Assembly: GCA_043797665.1 (NCBI GenBank)
Contig: JAZDPL010000092.1
Coordinates: forward strand, 1-27,130
DNA: 27,130 bases
Direction: 5' to 3'
DNA from: Candidatus Omnitrophota bacterium
GTDB taxonomy: Bacteria; Ratteibacteria; UBA8468; MWAK01
Shown here: piece by piece, positions 16,724 through 26,217 of the stretch
Numbering within the stretch: position 1 is the stretch's first letter
Layout: every line of letters begins with the position of its first letter
The notes under the pieces: generated by a model
Databases searched by the model: none
What the model was told of the DNA's origin: nothing
The model's input: the letters and a program-made list of their open reading frames with translations, nothing else
Made by a program: the position numbers and the translations under genes

Positions 16724-18178
16724 ATGAAAAAATTAGAAAAACAAAGCACGCTTACATTTGCGGAACTTCCTCCTGCGCAATTTGGGCTGCTTGACGGAGA
16801 AGCTAACTGCGATTTTTACAGCGCGATCAGACTTCCTTCCAGGGCAATTCCTGCTCTTGCCGGTGTGTTGAATACGGACGGCTGGAGTGATATACGGGAG
16901 ATAAATCCCCTGTATCACGGAATAAAAGGAAAACTAAGTGCGGAAAATTTTAAAAGGATATTTGGTTCGGATGTTCTGCTGATATCTTCTATAACAAGAA
17001 CTTCTATGCAGTCAATGAAACTTGCCGACTTGTATAAAGCCAGGAATCCTTACGGTATGGTTATTGCGGGAGGTCCTGATGCTACGTTCAGAATAAAGGA
17101 TTGGCTCGAACATGTTGACATCGTTGTACGGGGCGAAGGTGAAAGGACCATAAAAGAACTGATGGAGGAGCTGACGAAAGGAATGCCCGATTTAAAGACT
17201 ATAGACGGGATAGCTTTCAAAGAAAACGGCGGCGTAATTATTACCGGGCAAAGAAAATTGATGACGGCGGAGGAGCTGAGCAAATTACCGCACCCTTATT
17301 ACGACAGGACAATAAGGCGAAAGGTTGCGAGCATGGTTGTAGAGGCTTCGAGAGGATGCCCGAACAACTGCGATTTTTGCAGCGTGACGGAAATTTACGG
17401 AAGAGTTTACAGACAGAAATCAAAGAAATATGTTATCGAGGAACTGGAAGAGATAGAGAAAATCGGGAAATACTGTTTTTTTACCGACGACAACATTGCT
17501 GCGAATCAAAGTAAGACGATAGATCTTCTGGAAGAGATAAAAAAACACAGCGTAAAAAGGGAGAAGATAGCGCAGATTACAATTGCGGCTGCATTTAACG
17601 ATGGGCTTCTGAAGGCGCTGAAGAAAGCCGGATTCTTACATTTATGCATCGGGATAGAGTCCATAGTTGAGGAAACACTGAAGTTTTTCGGCAAACCTTA
17701 CCAAGCGGATAAAATAAAGGAAGCCATAAAGATATACCGGGATAACGGATTCTGGGTTCACGGCATGATGATGCTGGGGGGAGATGGAGATACGCCGGAA
17801 ACATTGGAAGAAACAGGACAATGGATTGGCAAAAATCTGGATAGTGTTCAGCTTTTTAGTCCGATTCCGATACCGGGTACAAGATTCTATGACCGAATGG
17901 AGCAGGAGGGGAGGATTTTGACCAAAGAATGGTATCTATACGACGGACAGCATGTTGTCGTAAGGCCGAAAAATTTTACCCCATACCGGCTGCAGAAAAA
18001 GATTTGCCGCATGTACAGGAAATTTTATTCGTTCAAGGACAGTTTTCTGCGGAATCTTGGAAGCGGAAAAATGAACCGGAGTATGCTTTTTTCGTTTTAT
18101 GCGAATTCCCTGGGCAGGAAATTCTTCAAAAACCCGCAATTAGATTCACACCTTAAGTTTTTGAAATCCGTAAGTTAG
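16724..18178 (+). CDS. B12-binding domain radical SAM protein
   Basis: IAGGP.AT, D.VVRGEGE, SRGCPNNCDFC (CxxxCxxC), FTDDN, IGIES, P.PGT. Confidence 0.92.
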   Translation: MKKLEKQSTLTFAELPPAQFGLLDGEANCDFYSAIRLPSRAIPALAGVLNTDGWSDIREINPLYHGIKGKLSAENFKRIFGSDVLLISSITRTSMQSMKLADLYKARNPYGMVIAGGPDATFRIKDWLEHVDIVVRGEGERTIKELMEELTKGMPDLKTIDGIAFKENGGVIITGQRKLMTAEELSKLPHPYYDRTIRRKVASMVVEASRGCPNNCDFCSVTEIYGRVYRQKSKKYVIEELEEIEKIGKYCFFTDDNIAANQSKTIDLLEEIKKHSVKREKIAQITIAAAFNDGLLKALKKAGFLHLCIGIESIVEETLKFFGKPYQADKIKEAIKIYRDNGFWVHGMMMLGGDGDTPETLEETGQWIGKNLDSVQLFSPIPIPGTRFYDRMEQEGRILTKEWYLYDGQHVVVRPKNFTPYRLQKKICRMYRKFYSFKDSFLRNLGSGKMNRSMLFSFYANSLGRKFFKNPQLDSHLKFLKSVS

Positions 18179-18195
18179 GTGTTGAGTAATGTATT

Positions 18196-18224
18196 AGCGT
18201 GGCGAAGACTTCCCCACGCTTTTT
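18196..18224 (+). terminator. Probable intrinsic terminator nested in a larger hairpin
   Basis: AGCGTGG...CCACGCT stem followed by TTTT, just after the radical SAM stop. Confidence 0.5.
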
Positions 18225-18318
18225 CTGACGCTAATGTGTTACGGTGTTGACACTGGCGATTGTCTTAGGTTGACTTTTGTGATAAACTATAGAAGATGAT
18301 AAAAATGATCGGTTTGAC

Positions 18319-18368
18319 GTAGGGGTCGCATTCATGCGACCCGCGGGCTTGATAAATCAAGCCCCTAC
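18319..18368. repeat. GTAG-type REP doublet, second copy
   Basis: GTAGGGGTCGCATTCATGCGACCCGCGGGCTTGATAAATCAAGCCCCTAC; compensatory changes relative to the 16668 copy. Confidence 0.85.
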
Positions 18369-18393
18369 ATTTCAAACGTCTACTGTATTTCGT

Positions 18394-19200
18394 ATGAAGA
18401 AGCAGGGATTCACGCTCGTGGAGTTGCTGGTCGGGATAGGTATCCTGGTAATAATTGCGCTGATAGGTCTGGTCGTTATTGCCCAGGTATCCCAGCGGAC
18501 CAAGGCGGTGGTGGCAAAACTGACCATTGCCCAGTACGCGATGCTCCTGGAGACAGTCAAGGAAGATATCAACCATTACCCGGATGACGAGGCGTGTACT
18601 ACAGACTCAGGAACGCTGCAGGTTCTTACCAGTACCCTCAGTCAATTACGTACCGAACCCTACGTATGGGATTACCAGGCGAATTATAGGGGCTGGAATG
18701 GTCCTTATCTGAAGGCGGAACAAAAACTTGACCCCTGGAAGACCCTTTATTTTTACGTATTAAATGTGGAACCGGATAATTTTCTTACGACAGTTCAATT
18801 ATATAGAACAACCGGTGCTCCTAATGTCTACTCTTTTTCTTTTACTTCCCCCGTGGACTCAGGAACATTGGTAGTAATCAACGGCGCGGTCAGTTCCGGC
18901 AGCATTACCCTGAACGGCACCGAGGTAGTCGCAGAGAGCGAACTGAAGTCCGATGTCACCAAGATAGAAAAGGCAGTGACCCTAAAAACTTTTCCTCCTG
19001 ATACTAATACGTTGGTGGCGACGTTGAGGGGTATAAAAGATAACTGGATTATCGTTACCGTAAAGAGCGCTAATCCCAGCCCTTTTGAAGAGCCCACGGC
19101 TTATACCATGGGTAGTCGGGGTGCTGACCGCCAGCCAGGCGGCACCGGTCTTAATAAGGATATCATCTGGGTATCCGGTCAGTCCGGAGGTGGTTTTTAA
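18394..19200 (+). CDS. Prepilin-type GspG-like (pseudo)pilin with an inserted domain
   Basis: MKKQG|FTLVELL cleavage/methylation motif, GWNGPYL, DPW...Y.Y, S.GAD..PGG.G...DI. Confidence 0.85.
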   Translation: MKKQGFTLVELLVGIGILVIIALIGLVVIAQVSQRTKAVVAKLTIAQYAMLLETVKEDINHYPDDEACTTDSGTLQVLTSTLSQLRTEPYVWDYQANYRGWNGPYLKAEQKLDPWKTLYFYVLNVEPDNFLTTVQLYRTTGAPNVYSFSFTSPVDSGTLVVINGAVSSGSITLNGTEVVAESELKSDVTKIEKAVTLKTFPPDTNTLVATLRGIKDNWIIVTVKSANPSPFEEPTAYTMGSRGADRQPGGTGLNKDIIWVSGQSGGGF

Positions 19201-19220
19201 CGATTTCAGTAACCGCCTGT

Positions 19221-19245
19221 GTAGGGGTCGGATTCATCCGACCCG
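19221..19245 (+). repeat. Single GTAG REP unit
   Basis: GTAGGGGTCGGATTCATCCGACCCG, identical to the left half of the 16668 copy. Confidence 0.85.
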
Positions 19246-19258
19246 AAGAAGGTCTATT

Positions 19259-19723
19259 ATGAAAGAAGAGAAAAAGTTTAAGCGGTCTTTCTGGAGGGTG
19301 GTTAACCGGGAGATGGAGATACAGTACCCATTAGTGGTTGTCTGGCTGATGATTATCGGGTTTTTGGTAAGCGGCCTGATGACCTATTTGACTATCTGGA
19401 ATAACATTTTGCTTATGCCGCAGATGCTGTCTTCCCCGGAACAACTTCTGGTTATGCAGAAACGCATCCTGCAACTTTTGGGGATTGAGTTTCTGGCAGG
19501 GGGAGTCATAATGATGGTTCTGGCCGCCATCTTACAATTCAGGTTTTTGCACCGGATCGCCGGACCGCTCTTTCGTCTGGAAAACATGCTTAAAGATTTG
19601 TCTAAGGGGAAGCTGCCATCCTATCCGATTGTCTTCCGTCAAAATGACCTCTGCAAGGGTCTGGCGGAGGCGTTCAACCAGTTGGTATCCGCCATTAAAT
19701 CCGGCACCAAGTTTGAAAATTGA
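19259..19723 (+). CDS. Two-TM membrane protein with a HAMP-like domain
   Basis: Two hydrophobic helices, then HRIAGPL.RL...L..L..G.L....FR.ND....LAEAFN. Confidence 0.75.
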   Translation: MKEEKKFKRSFWRVVNREMEIQYPLVVVWLMIIGFLVSGLMTYLTIWNNILLMPQMLSSPEQLLVMQKRILQLLGIEFLAGGVIMMVLAAILQFRFLHRIAGPLFRLENMLKDLSKGKLPSYPIVFRQNDLCKGLAEAFNQLVSAIKSGTKFEN

Positions 19724-19739
19724 TAAATCCTTCCCATAG

Positions 19740-21953
19740 ATGAGGGTAAAACGAATTCTCCGCATATTATTCAGAATATTGTTCTTTCCGCTGCGTCTGA
19801 TAGGTAACAGGTTACGGTTTATCAAGCGGATATGGTTCTTCTTTTCGCCGGTACGGACATTTAAGAAGACCAGGGCGGCAACACGGTCAATAATCAATAA
19901 AAGAAGGGATAAGGAATTTCTTATTCTCTGTGCCGGCGTAATTCTGGCTTTTATTCTTCTCCGGTTAGTCGACGCTTCTCTTTACCGCAGACTCTATCCT
20001 GTCGTTAAAAAACCCACCTACGTCCAAAAGAACTGGGATAAAAAGATTTACCGGAGTATCTTGAGCCGTCTCAAGAAAAATAAGGGGAAAGAGGAAGAGA
20101 AGAAGTCATTCTCCAAAGAGATGGCTCCGTTAATCTCCTGTGCCTATACCAAAAATGTCCCGGTCATTGACAGCCAATTTGATGATTCCTGGAAACAGTC
20201 GCAGTTGGCGACTCACTTTATCAACACAAAAGAGCTCAGGCTATCCCGGGTAAGCACCCTGGTTTACAGTTTGTATAATGACAAGAATATCTATTTTTAT
20301 TTCTTCTGTGCCGAACCGTATGCGCAAAAGATGCGCGCCGGAGTTAAAGAACCGGACAGCGAACTTTCCGGGAACGATTCCGCGGAGATTCTTCTATCTG
20401 TTCCTTCCGAAAAAGGTGAAATGTCTTATTATCGGTTTGCCTTTGATAGTAACGGGACCAGGTACGAGGCAAAAGAGGTTTCCCGGGAGGATACGGCCAC
20501 TTACGATAAGAGCTGGCCGGCAGAATGGAACGCAGCCTGCCGGAGGGTGAAAGAAGGCTGGAGTGCGGAGGTTGCCATTCCGTTTAAGTCTCTGGGAAAG
20601 GCAGGGGTTAATCCCGGGGATGCCTGGGGAATAAATTTCGTCCGGCACCGCTACCCGGAAAAAGATGAGGAGAGCCACTGGTTCCCGCTGAGTGAAAAGG
20701 TACCGGCGTCTCCGAACTTATTTGCCTCTCTTGTTTTTGATGAAACACCAATACAGGCAAGGATTCTTGCCGCGGAATACTCTGACCGGGAATCGGCCGG
20801 TAAGGCGACGTTAGAATTAACCAATCCCTCCCGTACCGCAGCCAGAATCACTTTGAAAATTACCAGTTTTTCTACCTCGGGAGCCAGAGGCGCGGAAAAT
20901 AAATATTCGGTAGACATAAACGGGAGAGAGGAGAAGAAGGATACCTGGGATTATGAATTGACTTCCGTACTTAAAAGAGAAAAGGTTCATAACGTGGTGG
21001 TAACTCTGCTCAATGACGAGGAGAAAATAATCTATCAGGGATTAATGCCGGTGGAGGTTTCTCCGGTAAACCCGATTTTGAGTTGCAACGAGGTTTCGGA
21101 ACCGCCGGTAATTGACGGGAATCTGAACGATTCCGCCTGGAGTTTATCCCAGGTGGCAAGTAATTTTGCCTATTTGGAAGGAGAAAAATTAGCCAAGATT
21201 CAGACCACCGGTTATGCGGTCCGTGATAATAAGAATCTCTACCTTGCTTTAGTGGCGGAAGAGCCGTATATCAACGAACTAAAGGCTGAGACCAGGGATT
21301 ATGACGGTAACGCCTGGAGTGACGATTGTATCGAGATATTTATTGATACCGTGGGTGACGGCAATAGTTTATATCAGTTGGTTTCCAATACCCGGGATGT
21401 CCATTACGATGCCTACCATCCACAGGTGCCAAACTGTAATATAAAGTGGAATTCCGCCTGGCAGAGCAAGACCTCGGTCGGAAAGGACCGCTGGGTAATG
21501 GAGGTGGCTATCCCTCTCGGGGATATAAGGATAAATGCAAGGAAGGGGATGGTTCGTCTAAATCTGAATCGGGAACGGTATGCCCATAATGAATTAGAGT
21601 GTAGCGGGTGGGCCTGTACCTACGGCGGGTTCCATTGTCCCTTCCGATTCGGTACGCTCTTATTTACGAAGGAGGCACCGGTAATAGAAATCCTTCCGGT
21701 TAAGGAGACCGGTCCGATTTCCCTTCAGGTGAAGAATTTGCGTAAAGCAGATACGGAGTTTTTCCTGCGGGTTACCTCGATAGCCGCAAAGGCGGGGGTT
21801 ACTGCCAATAACTATACCGTACGGCTTTCTGTCGGGGAAAAGAAAGGGTTTGAGTTGTCCCGACCACCCAAGGTCCCGGCGTCGGTTATCATTGAAGCTT
21901 ATTTCCCGAACGAGAAAGAGCCTTTCTTCCGTTCGGTCATTCCTTTTCCTTAA
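19740..21953 (+). CDS. Membrane-anchored protein with two CBM9/DOMON-like sugar-binding domains
   Basis: Two copies of P.ID...D..W, D..N.Y, D..EI, W..EVAIP...L, N..R; N-terminal TM segment. Confidence 0.75.
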   Translation: MRVKRILRILFRILFFPLRLIGNRLRFIKRIWFFFSPVRTFKKTRAATRSIINKRRDKEFLILCAGVILAFILLRLVDASLYRRLYPVVKKPTYVQKNWDKKIYRSILSRLKKNKGKEEEKKSFSKEMAPLISCAYTKNVPVIDSQFDDSWKQSQLATHFINTKELRLSRVSTLVYSLYNDKNIYFYFFCAEPYAQKMRAGVKEPDSELSGNDSAEILLSVPSEKGEMSYYRFAFDSNGTRYEAKEVSREDTATYDKSWPAEWNAACRRVKEGWSAEVAIPFKSLGKAGVNPGDAWGINFVRHRYPEKDEESHWFPLSEKVPASPNLFASLVFDETPIQARILAAEYSDRESAGKATLELTNPSRTAARITLKITSFSTSGARGAENKYSVDINGREEKKDTWDYELTSVLKREKVHNVVVTLLNDEEKIIYQGLMPVEVSPVNPILSCNEVSEPPVIDGNLNDSAWSLSQVASNFAYLEGEKLAKIQTTGYAVRDNKNLYLALVAEEPYINELKAETRDYDGNAWSDDCIEIFIDTVGDGNSLYQLVSNTRDVHYDAYHPQVPNCNIKWNSAWQSKTSVGKDRWVMEVAIPLGDIRINARKGMVRLNLNRERYAHNELECSGWACTYGGFHCPFRFGTLLFTKEAPVIEILPVKETGPISLQVKNLRKADTEFFLRVTSIAAKAGVTANNYTVRLSVGEKKGFELSRPPKVPASVIIEAYFPNEKEPFFRSVIPFP

Positions 21954-22528
21954 TAATTTTCAGCCAGGATTTCATAATATGCCCGGGGGTGTTTACATGC
22001 CGGACATTCTTTTGGCGCCTCGGTTCCCTCAAAAACATAACCGCAGTTAAGGCAGTGCCACTTAACCGGGGTCTTTTTCGCAAAAACTTCGTTGCTGGTA
22101 ACGTTGGCGATAATCTTTCGGTACCGGGCTTCGTGGAACGTTTCAACCCCGGCGATTTCGTCAAAAGATTGGGCGATTTCCGGAAGTCCTTCTTCCCGCG
22201 CAATTTTTGCGGAGTCCGGGTAGATCTTTGTCCATTCTAATTGTTCGCCGGCCGCTGCGGCTTCCAGATTTTCTTTGGTACTTCCGATTACACCCGCCGG
22301 GTAAGAGGCGTTAATTTGAACATCACCGCCTTCCAGGTATTTAAAAAATACTTTCGCGTGTTCTTTTTCGTTTTCCGCGGTTTCCAGAAAGATGTTTCTA
22401 ATCTGTTCGTAACCTTCCTTCTTTGCCACACCGGCGAAATAGGTGTACCGGTTTCTTGCCTGTGATTCACCGGCAAATGCTGCCAGCAGATTCTTTTCCG
22501 TCCGTGTTCCTTTTATTGGGTTTGCCAT
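21950..22528 (-). CDS. rbr: Rubrerythrin
   Basis: FAGESQARNRY, ENEKEHA, E..HE.RY, C-terminal rubredoxin CLNCG...CPAC.H. Confidence 0.96.
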   Translation of the reverse strand: MANPIKGTRTEKNLLAAFAGESQARNRYTYFAGVAKKEGYEQIRNIFLETAENEKEHAKVFFKYLEGGDVQINASYPAGVIGSTKENLEAAAAGEQLEWTKIYPDSAKIAREEGLPEIAQSFDEIAGVETFHEARYRKIIANVTSNEVFAKKTPVKWHCLNCGYVFEGTEAPKECPACKHPRAYYEILAENY

Positions 22529-22548
22529 ATTTTACCTCTTTTAAGTGG

Positions 22549-23562
22549 TTAATCTTTTTCCGCCATCGCATCAAAAAACGCCACGATGTCCTTACGGTCA
22601 TCGCTGGCCATGAATTTCATCGCATCCCGGGGATGCTGGTTAAGGCGGCCGGTAATCATATACGGCAGGTCAAAACCCCACCGCAAGTTTGCCCTCATCG
22701 GTTCAATCCAGTCCCGGATACACTTGAGAACGGGTCTGACTCGGAACTTCGGATTATGGAGAAAACCGATGAGCAGTTCCATCTGACAATTACCCGCTCC
22801 CCTGCCTAATCCGGCCATGCTTGCATCCAGACGGTTGGCTCCCAGGACGAGCGCTTCAATGGTATTCGCGTAGGCAATCTGCTGGTTATTATGGGTGTGG
22901 ATGCCGACTTCTTTGCCGGCCGGCTTGGCGTACTTGAGATATTTCAGGGTTAACTCGCGAATCTGTTCGCTGTAGAGGGCACCGAAACTGTCGACAAGAT
23001 AGATGGTGTCGACCGGCGATTCCACCAGTGCTTCCAGGGCGTCGTCAAGTTCGTGTTCTTTTACCACGGAAATCGCCATAATGTTGACCGTTGTTTCGTA
23101 GCCTTTGTCGTGGGCATCCTTAATCATATCGATGGCGGTGGGAATCTGGTTGATGTAAGTGGCGATGCGAATCATATCCAGGACGCTCTTTTCTTTGGGA
23201 AGAATGTCCTCGTGGTAATCGGTGCGTTCCGCGTCAGCCATCGCGGCCAGTTTGAGGCCGGTCTTGTTTTCACCCACTATCCGCCGGATGTCGTCCTCAC
23301 GGGAGTACTTCCAGGTTCCGTACTGGGTGGGGGAAAAGATTTTTTGGGAAGATTTATATCCCACCTCCATATAGTCAATGCCCGCTTCCACGCAGGTTTC
23401 ATAAATTGATTTGACTATGGCGTCGTCAAACCGGTGGTCGTTCATAAGACCACCGTCACGGATGGTGCAGTCGAGTATTTTTATCTCCGGCCGGAAGGTT
23501 ACCCACTTTCCATGAGGGGACCCCTGAGATTTACCGGCCGTCTGTTCGTTATTCGCAGCCAT
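22549..23562 (-). CDS. DRE-TIM (HMGL-like) aldolase catalytic domain protein
   Basis: LDCTIRDGG, VDSFG, GIHTHNN, G.GRGAGN. Confidence 0.88.
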   Translation of the reverse strand: MAANNEQTAGKSQGSPHGKWVTFRPEIKILDCTIRDGGLMNDHRFDDAIVKSIYETCVEAGIDYMEVGYKSSQKIFSPTQYGTWKYSREDDIRRIVGENKTGLKLAAMADAERTDYHEDILPKEKSVLDMIRIATYINQIPTAIDMIKDAHDKGYETTVNIMAISVVKEHELDDALEALVESPVDTIYLVDSFGALYSEQIRELTLKYLKYAKPAGKEVGIHTHNNQQIAYANTIEALVLGANRLDASMAGLGRGAGNCQMELLIGFLHNPKFRVRPVLKCIRDWIEPMRANLRWGFDLPYMITGRLNQHPRDAMKFMASDDRKDIVAFFDAMAEKD

Positions 23563-23593
23563 AAGTCTTAGGGGTTACAACCCCTTATATTTT

Positions 23594-24838
23594 TCAGGCG
23601 AATTCTTCGGAGACCTCGACGGCTATTTGGGTCCATTCCCGTAGCCGCTGAGGCTGGTAACGTATAGTACTGATATCCTTCATAATGATTTCTGTGATGC
23701 AGCCGTGGGATTTCAGGATTTCCAGAGTCTGCCGTAATTCCGTCCGGATTGCCTCCGGATTCCAGGCGTCGGTGGCTAAAACAGCCGGGTTGGGTTTATA
23801 GGAAAAGATATATTTGTCTCCGAGCGCCGAGGCACCTTCTTCCACGTTGGCACGGGGACTCATTGAGATGCGACGGAGGTTGGGGATTTGTTTTAGGATT
23901 TCCACCTTGCGGTGAAGTTGTTCACAACAGCCGTAATAGTTGAGACCAAAGCGTTCCAACCACCGCAATTCGTATTTTAAAGCAAATTCCAGATGCATCT
24001 CCGGTGAGACTTCGGAGAAGATCTGGGCGGTTGCAAATCCCCAGAGGTCTTTGGCGCGAATCCGGTTTGGGTTAAAGTCCGGCTGGGGGAGCAACTCGGT
24101 AAATCCCAATCCACCGGAACCGACCCCGGAATTGCCGTTATTCAAAGAGAGCAGGTTCAATTTTTCATACTGTCTGAGCATTTCAAAATGGGCTTGTACC
24201 AGGCGGTCAAGTGCTTTATGAACCATCTCTGGCCGAATTACCAAATCCGTCAGAAATTCCTGGATACCCCACCACATTGCCAGAGAATCACATGGTGCAA
24301 GCCAGAAGCCTGTTCTGCCTATCTTTTCAATTTCTAAAATATCACCAAAGAGGTTCTGCAGCGTCTGGTAATTTCTTTCGGTCACTTCCCTGTCCACCGT
24401 AACTTCAGGTGTCTTAATCTTTTTGATGTCTCCTTCTTCTTTGATTACCGGTTCGTAGTGATGGGAAGAGATGTGTCCGGGTCCCTGGAGAATCGTCTGT
24501 TCCTGAATCTGAAGACCAAATCCGCTGTCTTTGATTTCTATGGGGCAGTAAAACTTGGGTTCAACTACCATATCTCCCCGGATATGTTTCCATTGATAAA
24601 AGGTACGGAGGAACTGGGATTCAATATCACGGCAAAACGGGGTAGACGTCCGGAGTTGCAGTTCTTCTTCCGTTTCCAGTTCCGGCCAGGGTATTTCCCT
24701 GACCCAGACCATTGGCTTACCGTGTTCCAGGCGGTTCATCCGGCGCCACATCTCAACGGTCGTCTTCTGAACGGGCAGTCTGGCTATCTCTGCCTGTTTC
24801 TCCGCAAGTTCACGGAGGATTGTGCGGTCTTTTTCCAT
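23594..24838 (-). CDS. Uroporphyrinogen decarboxylase-like / methyltransferase-fold protein of unknown function
   Basis: G...FL.DL..RPE.VH, VSPEM..EF...Y, YGCCE, K.NPA. Confidence 0.6.
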   Translation of the reverse strand: MEKDRTILRELAEKQAEIARLPVQKTTVEMWRRMNRLEHGKPMVWVREIPWPELETEEELQLRTSTPFCRDIESQFLRTFYQWKHIRGDMVVEPKFYCPIEIKDSGFGLQIQEQTILQGPGHISSHHYEPVIKEEGDIKKIKTPEVTVDREVTERNYQTLQNLFGDILEIEKIGRTGFWLAPCDSLAMWWGIQEFLTDLVIRPEMVHKALDRLVQAHFEMLRQYEKLNLLSLNNGNSGVGSGGLGFTELLPQPDFNPNRIRAKDLWGFATAQIFSEVSPEMHLEFALKYELRWLERFGLNYYGCCEQLHRKVEILKQIPNLRRISMSPRANVEEGASALGDKYIFSYKPNPAVLATDAWNPEAIRTELRQTLEILKSHGCITEIIMKDISTIRYQPQRLREWTQIAVEVSEEFA

Positions 24839-24854
24839 AAAGGGGTAAATTGTA

Positions 24855-24883
24855 ATTATAAAGTAATTTTACGGGTTTGTCAA
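24855..24883 (-). promoter_or_regulatory. Consensus sigma70 promoter overlapping the pabB 3' end
   Basis: TTGACA-17 nt-TATAAT, a perfect match, upstream of ATG 24838. Confidence 0.75.
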
Positions 24884-26080
24884 AAAGGAGGCTTTCAGTT
24901 TACATTCCGCATATTCACGCCGGGGTTCAGAATCAAAGACGATTCCGCTGCCGACACCCATTTCGCCGTGATGGTCAGTAATTAAAACGGTGCGGATGGC
25001 GATATTAAAAACCGCATCCCGCCCGGGAGAAAAGAAGCCCACCGCACCGGTATAGACTTTCCGTTCCGTTTTTTCCAACTCCCTGATAATCTCCATCGTC
25101 CTGATTTTCGGGGCACCGGTGACGGAACCGGATGGAAAGAGAGCCTGGAATAATTGATAAAAGGGAAGGGGGGATTTTAAATCCGCCGAGATGGTTGAGG
25201 TCATCTGGAAGAGGGTTTCGTACTTCTCAACGTCAAAGAGGGAATTTACCTTTACGGTTCCAATCTTTGAGACCTTACCCAGGTCATTCCGCAAAAGGTC
25301 GACGATCATCAGGTTTTCACTCCGGTCTTTAAAGTTTTTGTGCAGTATATCCGCTTGTTTCCGGTCCTCAGGGAGGTTTTTTCCGCGGCCGATGGTGCCT
25401 TTCATGGGCCGCACGGTAATTTTTTGTCCGGTTTTACGTAAGAAGAGTTCCGGAGACAGGGAAAGGATGCTTAAGTCCCGGTCTTTAATAAAGGCGGAAT
25501 AACATACCGATTGCTTTTTGCGTAAGTCAAGATAGAGACCGGAAGGCGAGCCGGAAAAGTGAAACTGTACTTTAAAGGTGTAGTTTACCTGATAAGTATC
25601 GCCGGATGTTATCAGGTTTTTTATTTTGTTGATATTCCGGTGGTATTCACCGGGTCCCACATTGAAGGAAGGTCTGCTAAGGTCATAACGTTCAGGGGAG
25701 TTAACGGATGGAAACCGAATCTTTCCGGAGAAGGTTCCTGAGCGGTGGTCAAAGGTCAGGGGGGGATGAAAAAGATAGAGCCGGGCTAAAGGAAAAGAAA
25801 ACTTTTTTTTCATCGTCTTTTGCAGAATTTTCTCAAATCCAAAACCCGTTTCATAGGAAAAGAAGCCGGACAGGTAATAACCCCGGGATAAGGCAGTTTC
25901 AATTTTTTCAAAAAAGTCCGGCAGGTCAGACAGGTTCCGGGATTCAATTTTGCCAACCGGTTCTATAAACAGGTAGGAGAGGTGATTTTCCGGGTCTTCG
26001 CGGATAGTTTCCAGAAGGACGAAGGGGTCTTTACCGGCCAGAAAAGACAGGATTTTTTCAATCGGGAGCGGATAAAACAT
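24869..26080 (-). CDS. pabB: Aminodeoxychorismate synthase component I
   Basis: GDTYQVN, SPELF, PMKGT, ENLMIVDLLRNDL, FPSGSVTGAPK, YTGAVG, FNIAIRT; ATG 26080 preferred. Confidence 0.9.
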   Translation of the reverse strand: MFYPLPIEKILSFLAGKDPFVLLETIREDPENHLSYLFIEPVGKIESRNLSDLPDFFEKIETALSRGYYLSGFFSYETGFGFEKILQKTMKKKFSFPLARLYLFHPPLTFDHRSGTFSGKIRFPSVNSPERYDLSRPSFNVGPGEYHRNINKIKNLITSGDTYQVNYTFKVQFHFSGSPSGLYLDLRKKQSVCYSAFIKDRDLSILSLSPELFLRKTGQKITVRPMKGTIGRGKNLPEDRKQADILHKNFKDRSENLMIVDLLRNDLGKVSKIGTVKVNSLFDVEKYETLFQMTSTISADLKSPLPFYQLFQALFPSGSVTGAPKIRTMEIIRELEKTERKVYTGAVGFFSPGRDAVFNIAIRTVLITDHHGEMGVGSGIVFDSEPRREYAECKLKASFLTNP

Positions 26081-26087
26081 AGTTAGG

Positions 26088-26208
26088 GGGTAAATATTCA
26101 GTAAACAGCGTGTCATTCTGAGGAGCATTGCGACGAAGAATCTCGTTGTTAAAAGCGAGACCCTTCGTTATCACTCAGGGTGACACGTACTTCACTGAGT
26201 GGTCGCCC
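26088..26208. repeat. Long palindromic intergenic element (MITE/REP-like, GTCATTCTGAG...CTCAGGGTGAC type)
   Basis: Inner arms CGTGTCATTCTGAG / CTCAGGGTGACACG (26109-26187); central TCTCG/CGAGA stem; outer arms pair using G-T wobbles. Confidence 0.65.
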
Positions 26209-26217
26209 TTTTCTTTG

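Noticed and set aside
18334..18393. N-terminal extensions of ORFs 18334, 19085 and 26128
   Set aside because: They start in or run through REP/palindromic elements or the upstream gene; downstream ATGs fit the family N-termini better.
23570..23585. AGGGGTT-AC-AACCCCT hairpin upstream of the aldolase gene
   Set aside because: Short, with a 2-nt loop. It may occlude the RBS but there is no further support.
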